Assembly: GCA_030830875.1 (NCBI GenBank)
Contig: JAURMD010000058.1
Location: 1 to 34,590 of the forward strand
Source: Thermoplasmatota archaeon
GTDB lineage: Archaea; Thermoplasmatota; Poseidoniia; Poseidoniales; Poseidoniaceae
Reading direction: 5' to 3'
DNA: 34,590 nt
The translations under genes and the position numbers were made by a program. The notes below the pieces were generated by a model. That model made no database searches, had not been told where the DNA came from, and saw only the letters and a program-made list of their open reading frames with translations. Numbering within the stretch: the first letter of the stretch is position 1; every line of letters starts with the position of its first letter. Positions 18,201 through 25,632 of this stretch are shown here, piece after piece.

Positions 18201-21200
18201 TCGATGGCCGCATCCACAACATCCAACGGAACTGGAATGTCCCGGGAGTCTGAAGCGTCCAGTGAAAGAAGGGCCGATGCCCCTACAATGCTGGCTGTGG
18301 TAGGCGACAGAGCGATGGTGCATTGTCGCGCACCGGCATGAGGCGCATTGACTGCTTGGATGCACTGCGCTGTTCCATCCACCAACACGGTCCCGTTCCG
18401 CATGGCTGTCATTGAACGCGAACCAAGGTGGTCCTCCACCTCCAACGTTGCGCCCTCACTGCTGAGATGGACCAAGGTTCTGTACGGTACCAACACGGCG
18501 TTTGATGACGGTGCTGCGTGCACCCACCACGCCAGAGCCACCGCTTCGGCATCGAGCTCCGATGAGGTCAACGTGTCCGAGGAGCCGTTCCACAGGAGGG
18601 ACGCGTCGGTCGCGTTGATGACGGCCGTGTACATCGTGGAGGCTCCCAAGTGCGGCCCATACCCAAGCGTGGTCGCGTCCAACAAAAGGTGGCTTTGGGC
18701 ATCGATACCGACTCGGAGCTCTTCAGCGGAGGCAAGGCAATCGACCTCCATTCGAACCTCACGAAGGGCATCGCCGGGAGCGAGGCGAGCGGCGACCGTA
18801 GGTCGAAGACGTAGGTCACTCCATGCCACATCGTAAACGCGCATGTCCGTTCCGTTGACCACGAGCGTTTCGACGCCACCGAAGGTCTGCAACGCACCTC
18901 CAACACCTTCGACAACAACACGCACAGCACGATGCGGGCAACGTGGATGCTCAAGGAAGTCGATGTCATGGTAGGCTCCGATGCCCAACGTCAGTCTCCC
19001 GTCCTGCGTGACCACCACAGCCGAAGGGGGATTTGTTCCAAGGTGCTGAGCGTCAATATGAACCACGCTACCGATGGTCAACCGCTCAAGGATGGGCGTG
19101 GTTTTCTCGTCAGCAGTGGTCATGTTCACACGCAGTTGCAACCATGGATAGGCCTGCGTGCCGAGGGTCACATGGACCGGGAGGCTGAGGTTCTGCCATC
19201 CTTCAATGTCGGCACCGGTAGCATCGAGGAGGTCGACACGTAACGTCGAAGAAGGGGGTATGCTGGCGTGCCCGTCGAGAACGCCCCAAAGGTCACCAAC
19301 AGGAGCACGAAGCAGGGACGAGCGCCACGTGCCTTGCTCAAGGAATCGGTCCACCTCGACGCCGACGTCGTCGAGGTACCATCCATCCTTTTCGATCCAC
19401 GTGTCGGAGAAGAACACGAAACGTGCTCGGAAATCTTGACCAGAGAGGTTGGAGACGTCCAGGGACGGTGCGTCAAAGGCCTGGCTTCGTGATGGGCAAC
19501 CACCAGAATGAATCGAACCATCAAAGAGCCCCTGGGTGTGGAGCGGTGAATAGGGGTTCAGGGTTGAACGGCCGTGGTGAAAAAGGGCGTTGTATGGAGG
19601 AAACCACCAGGTTGCCCCGTCGTCAATGGACAACTGCACAGCGCCTCCGTCCCAATCCGTTTCGGTGCAGACCCACGACCTGAAGGTGAACCGTGCACTC
19701 GCGTTCTCCGGGAGGCTGTAGGTCGGGGTGATAAGGTAGCCGAGGCTTTCCGCGGCATAGTCGCCGTCAAGCACGATGCCAACGCCTGAAGACCCGGATG
19801 CCCACGACATCGGACCTGACCCGGACGTTGTGTTGAGGCTGCCAACGGTCCATCCTGAACCACGGACGTGTTCAATCGACCAACCCCGAGGCACCATTTG
19901 ACCAGATTCGAACGAAGCGTTCCACCAGGTCGGGCCATGGGCACCGAGGGCGGTGGTCCACGTCCACTCGTTCGTCACGTTTCCTCCGCTGAGGTTGAAC
20001 CCAACGCCAAGCACAGGGGGAGATGTGAAGTTGCTCAGCCGACGCACGGTTTGGTTGGCTTGACCGGGGAGGGAGGTCACCTGAAGGTTGTCAATGGCCA
20101 TCCCCTCCCATCCGTCCGTCACACCTCCACCATGGTTCACGTTGGCATCGGTCAGGACACGGAAGGCAAGGATGGCGTTTGATGCGTTGGCCGAGGTAAA
20201 GGTCGCTGGAGGAAGGCTGTACGCGATGTCCACCCATTCGTTGGAGACTTGACTCAGCCAGGATCCTTGCCATACGAGACCATTCCCCGGAAGGCCTGGC
20301 GCCGCTGAAAGCAACGTCCAATTGGACCCTCCGTCAAGGCTCAGCAGGGTGGTCATGCCATCGTTCCAGCCACCCTCAAGGTCCCAATGTGCCAGAAATC
20401 CAACCTCTGCCGGAGCGGTGAGGTTGGACAGGTCGACATCCATGAGGAGCCAGCCGTCCGCGTTCGGGGCATAGTCCCCTGACAGATTGCCGTGAAACCA
20501 TGCACCGCTGGGGTCTCCTTGGTTGCTGATCCGAACATCGTCGAGGAGCCATGCGGACCTGTTTCCACTCGTGACTGAGGTTGCGAAACAAAATCGAAGT
20601 TGATACCATGACTCTCCACCGGTGAGCCGACCGTCCAATCGAAGGCTCTCCGAGACCCACGCCGAGGAGTCTGACGTCCAGCCAGCGGCCACCGTCGAAG
20701 GGTCAGGATCAAGGCCGTTGGCAAAGGTCCCATTGTTGAGGTCAGGGTAACCGTCGGTCGGAGGCAACACCAGCCATCCGGTGCTCTGGCTGGAGCGCCA
20801 TTCCATCCAACGAAGGTCGCCATCGAGCAAGTCGGCGGCGTGAGAGAACGAGACAGTATGGTTTCGAACCACGGCTGGGGCATCGATCTGAGGCGTGGCA
20901 TAGCACCCTGACATGTTGGCAACAAGTGGAACTTGACCGCCACCAAGCAAAAGAACCCGATCACCATCAATTGGCAAACTTGGAAGCGATGCTGCCACCG
21001 ATGAAGCGCTCAGGTTGTGGGACGACCACACCCGGTCGTGGGAGCCACCGGTCAACCATCCCGTCGGCATCAACACAGGTGTTTCGAAATCCTCCATGTC
21101 TTCGTCTGCACCCGGGGAAGCGAGGCTGAGTCGACCGCCTCGCAACAATCCATTGGTGGCTTCATGAAAGCCTGAAGAGAAACCGTTGCCGACATCGTTC

Positions 21201-21460
21201 GCGTACTGGCTTCCGTTGTCACCGATGGAGGTCCACACCGTGCCCACCTCCAGCACGCCTGAAGTCACGGTGTGGTTGTCGAGCACCGTCACCGTGGTGA
21301 CGTTGCTCGCGCTCACGCCCCCACCCCCTCCAAGGGGTGCGACCGTGACCACCGGAGAAGATGTGGTCGTGGTAGGGCCCATCGAGGCCGCGACCATCGG
21401 TGAGAAGGCCGGGAGGAGCAACAGGAACAGCATCACAGGGGCATGAGGACGTTGCAACAT
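15251..21460 (-). CDS. Giant (about 2070 aa) membrane-anchored surface protein with three MAM/immune-inhibitor-A-like beta-sandwich modules, Ig-like domains and a CARDB-like domain
   Basis: Signal peptide; three modules ending LRFCFAT..WLLDDVRI, LAFRVLTD..MAIDNLQV and ARFVFFSD..WYLDDVGV, two of them with E..W[ND]DG/G..S.D[GD]G..W; PYRPQVGD...VANAG (CARDB-like); C-terminal TM and short Pro/acidic tail. Start ATG 21460 (ORF open from 21478). Confidence 0.8.
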   Translation of the reverse strand: MLQRPHAPVMLFLLLLPAFSPMVAASMGPTTTTSSPVVTVAPLGGGGGVSASNVTTVTVLDNHTVTSGVLEVGTVWTSIGDNGSQYANDVGNGFSSGFHEATNGLLRGGRLSLASPGADEDMEDFETPVLMPTGWLTGGSHDRVWSSHNLSASSVAASLPSLPIDGDRVLLLGGGQVPLVANMSGCYATPQIDAPAVVRNHTVSFSHAADLLDGDLRWMEWRSSQSTGWLVLPPTDGYPDLNNGTFANGLDPDPSTVAAGWTSDSSAWVSESLRLDGRLTGGESWYQLRFCFATSVTSGNRSAWLLDDVRISNQGDPSGAWFHGNLSGDYAPNADGWLLMDVDLSNLTAPAEVGFLAHWDLEGGWNDGMTTLLSLDGGSNWTLLSAAPGLPGNGLVWQGSWLSQVSNEWVDIAYSLPPATFTSANASNAILAFRVLTDANVNHGGGVTDGWEGMAIDNLQVTSLPGQANQTVRRLSNFTSPPVLGVGFNLSGGNVTNEWTWTTALGAHGPTWWNASFESGQMVPRGWSIEHVRGSGWTVGSLNTTSGSGPMSWASGSSGVGIVLDGDYAAESLGYLITPTYSLPENASARFTFRSWVCTETDWDGGAVQLSIDDGATWWFPPYNALFHHGRSTLNPYSPLHTQGLFDGSIHSGGCPSRSQAFDAPSLDVSNLSGQDFRARFVFFSDTWIEKDGWYLDDVGVEVDRFLEQGTWRSSLLRAPVGDLWGVLDGHASIPPSSTLRVDLLDATGADIEGWQNLSLPVHVTLGTQAYPWLQLRVNMTTADEKTTPILERLTIGSVVHIDAQHLGTNPPSAVVVTQDGRLTLGIGAYHDIDFLEHPRCPHRAVRVVVEGVGGALQTFGGVETLVVNGTDMRVYDVAWSDLRLRPTVAARLAPGDALREVRMEVDCLASAEELRVGIDAQSHLLLDATTLGYGPHLGASTMYTAVINATDASLLWNGSSDTLTSSELDAEAVALAWWVHAAPSSNAVLVPYRTLVHLSSEGATLEVEDHLGSRSMTAMRNGTVLVDGTAQCIQAVNAPHAGARQCTIALSPTTASIVGASALLSLDASDSRDIPVPLDVVDAAIEARRSLLPSAQHSLELWVSTDRGAVDVALHLESQSRLYEQIVAVPVTSWTPGQTVTVVTEHRREDPRDAAASVPALRTAMLSFGPNVGTAVGTVHVERLNEATPVFRQDAGAGFAALEATSTSSCDRTSCRIEWRLTSTWAFDDVAKLIWWTEAQDEDGFATGPVQRSMTVTGNDVENDLEVDVLIVVDDRGRQLHDWTSPLWPFEVAPETPLTVTGRLRMEGLAQRFPSAHDASLLVRLEGSGWSDSSTVDVQDEGWFTANLTSPAATAVAGGASLQVGIEVQRCGPIASPSLTCELRGQVPNVTLVHDASPPTLMSVEVLDPGGRQPADGHVAPADSDVALVLMAEDDLGFASPLTVWTWLEARDDANRDGLSDENEWVAVVVPVAEGRTVVELDLPLIDAEDVIEDGGALGRIRLVVNGEDIAGQALVGGGSKTGLPLAEVRLEPRYPTSVPTERLRMDSVNGRLFPGSRHVFGFDLVDANGIESLDAFEFGLLGADEASCVVVHRPRANETTADAGCFHGAPDVTILQTRPSTWEVEVGFRLRWDLVAGLEDGTFQPSLQVRDEGQDLGLGLRRIAPLAWTARPEVTLSLEDIVDTTAPTGGVVQDVIHVDRGDVVNVRLALFHEGTTLPAQKLPGAVNLEWSMTDGARVTGGSIDVPDDGTPELRIAFDPSVWVRTTGQFEVMIDGWSFGNLTLSWNVSIDVHAPRLDLGGVRSLAVDSDALDAVPVEVTVTDIESLIVEGVVAHWVLLRQGRAMDAAKGFQALEFVTIDGASTRHAAMLNMTPTVEFDLRSGDAWQLWFSAADASGRPLVGQGTSIEPIPVTMRWVAFEPVLSSLVAAPYRPQVGDMIDVAFEVANAGVLAGNVTVRMFDDDGQLLNEASVWLEPGERQRLVWSAEAWREGDLGLRMTLDVGAVDVPVPLADVSVASTSREGQGAAWVGLGAIAVVLAVVSLWLANAQRPSDTPPSRPAPPPFSEEE

Positions 21461-21566
21461 GGCCCTCACCAACCCCACCGTGGCGGAGGTCAGGCTTGAA
21501 CGCTCGTTCCGCCTGTGCAGTACCCTGCATGAAGGTTTGAAGTGTCCTCGTCACGAGGGTGCAGGC

Positions 21567-22568
21567 ATGAGCGCGAGAGGCCCCCTCGATGAGGCCTCTG
21601 CGCGTGAGATTGAGGAGCAGTTGACCACGACGCATCGGACGCAGGTCAGCAGAAAAATTCCCGTGCCGCTGCCCCGGCCCGATTTTTGGAACGCTGTGAG
21701 TGACCTGCTCCGTTCCATCGACCTTCAGTTGCACGAAGCCGTACGCAAGCATGGCTTCGACCTGCGCGTCCAAAACCTCCAGCGACGCCAAGCCACCATT
21801 CGACGGGTGGCCAGCGAACTTGCACGTCGGCGATTGGTCGCGATGATCCAACATGCTTCCAGTCAATCCCTTCGCACCCCGTCCTCCATCGCCCAGCCAA
21901 CCGAACTCGCGTCGCTTGACTGGAGTCGACATGACCCGGCTGAGCGAGAATTCTACACAGCGATGATGCAGCAGATGGACCGGTTCAAACTGGCCGTTGA
22001 CTGGGCGGCGATGCAGAACGGCCTGCCTGCAGAAGTTGCTTCCGCCAAAGGAGGCCAGGCCACGCCTGTAGCACCCTCTGGGACCACCCAACTCGATGCG
22101 TGGTCGGACGGTCCCGGCGGGCTTACAGGGCGCGAGCCGCCAGCGCTCGCCTTCATCGATGCAGGTCCAGGTCCTGCTGACATCGAGTTGGATGAAGAAG
22201 AAATGCTGCTTGCTGACCGGATTGATGCATGGAATGAGGAAGATTACCTCATGGAGCATGTCGAAGCCGACACGACCCCCGTCGTCGCTTCAGCCGGTCG
22301 ACATGCAGCCGCTCTGGAACTTGCACCGACGACGCAGGCTCCCAGCCATCATCCAGACCCACAGGTGAAGGTGATTGGAGCGTCCACGCCTACCGAGGGA
22401 GACGGTCCTCTGTTGGCACGTGTTCGCGTCGTGGCCTCAATGGAAGACGCCATCGTCGGGCCGGACGGAGCGTCTTTGTTGCTGGCGGCTGGCGACGTTC
22501 ATCTGCTCGACGCTGACGTAGCGTCGATCCTCATCGAATCGGGCATCGCTGAGGCCGCAGACCTCTGA
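21567..22568 (+). CDS. Probable DNA replication GINS subunit (Gins51/Gins15-like)
   Basis: Helical N-terminal domain (ELARRRLVAMI), long acidic linker and C-terminal B-domain-like RVRVV..IVGPDG..L..GDVHLL...ASILIESGIAE; TTTGAAG box about 25 nt upstream of ATG 21567. Confidence 0.65.
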   Translation: MSARGPLDEASAREIEEQLTTTHRTQVSRKIPVPLPRPDFWNAVSDLLRSIDLQLHEAVRKHGFDLRVQNLQRRQATIRRVASELARRRLVAMIQHASSQSLRTPSSIAQPTELASLDWSRHDPAEREFYTAMMQQMDRFKLAVDWAAMQNGLPAEVASAKGGQATPVAPSGTTQLDAWSDGPGGLTGREPPALAFIDAGPGPADIELDEEEMLLADRIDAWNEEDYLMEHVEADTTPVVASAGRHAAALELAPTTQAPSHHPDPQVKVIGASTPTEGDGPLLARVRVVASMEDAIVGPDGASLLLAAGDVHLLDADVASILIESGIAEAADL

Positions 22569-22642
22569 ACGAAGCGCTATCAAACCGTCGGTGCCGACAC
22601 TGGAAGCACGTTTGGCTCCGCTGAGGCGACTCGGCCATTGCT

Positions 22643-22972
22643 TCAGTTGACGCTGCGCATCGAAATTTCGATGCTGACCGTGTCGGGGATGTCGATCCGC
22701 GCAACGTTGCGGAGGGCAGATTCGTCCTTCCCTGAGGTGATGTCCATTTCCAACAAGCGCTTGTGAACGCGCATCTCGAAGTGGTCGTAGGTCTCGCTGC
22801 CTTCACCACATGGGGTCCGGCGGACCGGGACCACGAGGCGGCGGGTCGGCAGGGGGATTGGGCCACGCAATTTCACACCACCTTGGTCGCAGATCATTCG
22901 AATCTGCTTCGCAACGGTGTCGATGTCACGGTGGTTTTCACCGGTCAATTTGATGACGGTGACCGCAGCCAT
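22643..22972 (-). CDS. rps10: 30S ribosomal protein S10 (uS10)
   Basis: GPIPLPTRRL.VPVRRTPCGEGSETYDHFEMRVHKRL; directly downstream of tuf. Confidence 0.97.
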   Translation of the reverse strand: MAAVTVIKLTGENHRDIDTVAKQIRMICDQGGVKLRGPIPLPTRRLVVPVRRTPCGEGSETYDHFEMRVHKRLLEMDITSGKDESALRNVARIDIPDTVSIEISMRSVN

Positions 22973-23008
22973 GAACATCCAACCTTTCATTCAGCCTCGA
23001 AGGAAGGC

Positions 23009-24307
23009 TCACGCCTTCTTCTCGATTTTCAAGCAGACGCCGGCAGCGACGGTCTTGCCCATGTCACGGATGGCGAAGCGGGAGAGTTCGGGGAAGGTCT
23101 CCATCGCCTCGATGGCCATCGGCTTGGTCGGAGCGAAGCGAATGAGGCAGGCGTCACCGGTCTTCAAGAAGGAGGGGTTGGCCTCCTTGCCGGCCTTGTT
23201 GGTCTTCTCGAGGAGTTCCTGGAAGCGCACGGCCACCTGAGCGGTGTGAGCGTGGAACACCGGGGTGTAGCCGACGGAGACCGCCTTCGGGATGTCCATG
23301 AGCTGAATCTGGCCGACGAAGGTCTCGTCGTGGCGGACAAAGGTCGGGGCGCTGTCGGCGTAGCCGGCAACGTCGCCACGGCGAATGTCGGTCGCCGCCA
23401 GACCACGAACGTTGAAACCGACGTTGTCGCCGGGCTCAGCCTTCTGGACCATGGTGTGGTGCATCTCGATGGACTTGACCTCAGCCGACTTCTGGCTGGG
23501 GTTGAAGACCACGGTCTTGCCCACGTTCAGGGTGCCGGTCTCGACCTTGCCAACGGGCACGGTGCCGATGCCGCCGATCTTGTAGACGTCCTGAATGGGG
23601 AGGCGGAGCGGCTTGTCGACGGGCTTGTCGGGCATCGCCGTGGCGTCGATGGCTTCGAAGAGGGTCGGGCCGCTGTACCACGGGGTGTTGCCGGACTTCT
23701 CGAACACGTTGTCGCCGTTCAGGCTGGAGGCAGGGATGAAGGGGATGCGGTCGAGTTGACCACCAAAGCCCGCCATCTTGAGGAGGTCGGACACTTCCTT
23801 CACCGCGGCGTTGTACTTGTCTTGGGACCAGTCGACACCGGAGATGTCCATCTTGTTGACGTGCACGATCAATTCCTTCACACCGAGAACACGAGCCAGG
23901 AAGGCGTGCTCCTTGGTTTGGGCGTTGACACCGTCGTTGGCGGCGCAAAGGAGCACCGCGGTGTCGGCCTGGGAGGCACCGGTGATCATGTTCTTGACGA
24001 AGTCACGGTGACCGGGGGCGTCGATAATCGTCCAGTAGTACTTCGGGGTGAAGAACTCCTTGTGGGCGACGTCGATGGTGATGCCACGCTCTTGCTCTTC
24101 CTTGAGCCCGTCCATCACGTAGGCGAGACCGAACCCGGCCTTGCCGTTCTCAGCCGCTTTCTTCTCGTTCTTCTCGACGACGTGCTTCTCAATGTGACCG
24201 CTGTCCAAAAGGAGGCGACCAACGGTCGTCGACTTGCCGTGGTCAACGTGACCAACGAACACGATGTTGCGGTGCGGCTTGCTCTTGTCTTCCCACTGCG
24301 AAGGCAT
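23009..24307 (-). CDS. tuf: Elongation factor 1-alpha (aEF-1A)
   Basis: GHVDHGKST, ERGITID, DAPGHRDF, NKMD, PLRLPIQDVY, RFAIRDMGKT; strongly C/G-ending codons; TTCAAATA box at 24338-24345 (minus strand). Confidence 0.98.
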   Translation of the reverse strand: MPSQWEDKSKPHRNIVFVGHVDHGKSTTVGRLLLDSGHIEKHVVEKNEKKAAENGKAGFGLAYVMDGLKEEQERGITIDVAHKEFFTPKYYWTIIDAPGHRDFVKNMITGASQADTAVLLCAANDGVNAQTKEHAFLARVLGVKELIVHVNKMDISGVDWSQDKYNAAVKEVSDLLKMAGFGGQLDRIPFIPASSLNGDNVFEKSGNTPWYSGPTLFEAIDATAMPDKPVDKPLRLPIQDVYKIGGIGTVPVGKVETGTLNVGKTVVFNPSQKSAEVKSIEMHHTMVQKAEPGDNVGFNVRGLAATDIRRGDVAGYADSAPTFVRHDETFVGQIQLMDIPKAVSVGYTPVFHAHTAQVAVRFQELLEKTNKAGKEANPSFLKTGDACLIRFAPTKPMAIEAMETFPELSRFAIRDMGKTVAAGVCLKIEKKA

Positions 24308-24392
24308 GATGATACACTCCTGTGTGGGCTGCCGACTGAACTCCCCTATTTGAAGGCGACGGAGTCGACGATGGACGTCGTTCTCCCGTCCC

Positions 24393-25574
24393 TTAGGTCT
24401 TGTAGTACAGGATGATTCGGAATCGCTCGACTTTGATGTCGTTCCACCGGTCGTTGTGGATCACGATGGTCCAATCACCGTCTCCATGCGTTGATTCACC
24501 CATTTGGTAGGAGGAGATGGGGAGCTCCAAGCAGTAGTCTTCGTCGTCGTTGCAGTCGTCGCCGTCGGTGCGCTGGTCGTCACCGATGCTCGACGAGTTG
24601 AGCACTTCATCGTCGTCTTCGTCGTACACATAAAGTTCCAACCGGTTGTTGTTCTGGTTGCCCGTGCCCGGCACCCAATCGTCGTCTTGTTGAGGGTAGG
24701 TGAGGTGACCAACCGCCTTGCTGATCGTGTTGCCGCTGTCACGGTCGTACACCACAGGCATGTCAAACGTGATTTCCGCTGAACCTGACGTGCTGTTGCC
24801 ACCGATCTCAAAATCAAGCCAAGTGCCAACGTAGTTGACGTACACTTTGGTCTCATCGGTTTCCTTCATGCCTTTCCCGCTGGTAACGGTCAACACAATC
24901 TCGTATTCCCCAGGCATCACGTTCTGCCATTCGACCTCCTCCCCCTCAAGGTCGGCGTCGTTCTCAGGGTCGCCGTCCCCATCGCTGTCGTCGTTGGGGT
25001 CAAGGTCCCACACCCACGACGAAATCCAATCATCGCTTGACCCTGGTGAGGAATCAGAGGCGTCGAGACGAACGTTGGCGCTTGCTTCGATGCGTCGGTC
25101 AGAGAGGTCCTTGTCGTCCTCGCACAACCACACCAGAATGAAGGTGCCCGTGTTGCCGTCCTCACCGAAGTAGTCCCACTCCGAGGAGTACGTGGTGATG
25201 CTTGCTTGTGGGGGCTCTGCTGATGCTTCGTACACGATGATGGTACGTGTGGCTTCAGCGGTTCGAACGCCGTCGGTGATGGTCAGGGTGACTGTTGATT
25301 CGCCAACCGTTGGAAAACGCCATTCTGCCGAGCGCCCGATTTCGTCCACTGCCCCATCTCCATCGAAGTCCCATCGGTAGGTGAGGGAACCGTCCGAAGG
25401 CAAGGATCCTGAGGCGTCGAAGAAGACCACCTCCCCCTCGTTGATGTTGGAGGCCGGGGAGAAGGTGAACACCGCGTCAAGCACGAGGTCATCGTCGCCT
25501 GAGCCGAGGCAGCCAACCAACGTGGAGGTGAGCATGAGAAGGACGAGCCCACCTGCGACGACGATACGGGCCAT
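24393..25574 (-). CDS. PKD-domain lipoprotein, acidic, with Ca-binding-type DxDGDG motifs
   Basis: Lipobox-like STLVGC after a hydrophobic core; FDASGS..YRWDFDGDG and WVWDLD...YEIVLTVT PKD signatures. Confidence 0.8.
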   Translation of the reverse strand: MARIVVAGGLVLLMLTSTLVGCLGSGDDDLVLDAVFTFSPASNINEGEVVFFDASGSLPSDGSLTYRWDFDGDGAVDEIGRSAEWRFPTVGESTVTLTITDGVRTAEATRTIIVYEASAEPPQASITTYSSEWDYFGEDGNTGTFILVWLCEDDKDLSDRRIEASANVRLDASDSSPGSSDDWISSWVWDLDPNDDSDGDGDPENDADLEGEEVEWQNVMPGEYEIVLTVTSGKGMKETDETKVYVNYVGTWLDFEIGGNSTSGSAEITFDMPVVYDRDSGNTISKAVGHLTYPQQDDDWVPGTGNQNNNRLELYVYDEDDDEVLNSSSIGDDQRTDGDDCNDDEDYCLELPISSYQMGESTHGDGDWTIVIHNDRWNDIKVERFRIILYYKT

Positions 25575-25632
25575 GTCAGTAGGGGGGGCACCTATCGTCA
25601 TGAACCCTGTGCATCCATGCACCCGTTGACCT

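Noticed and set aside
22763..24415. 550-aa plus-strand ORF antisense to tuf and rps10
   Set aside because: Shadow ORF caused by the strong codon bias of tuf; no recognisable motifs.
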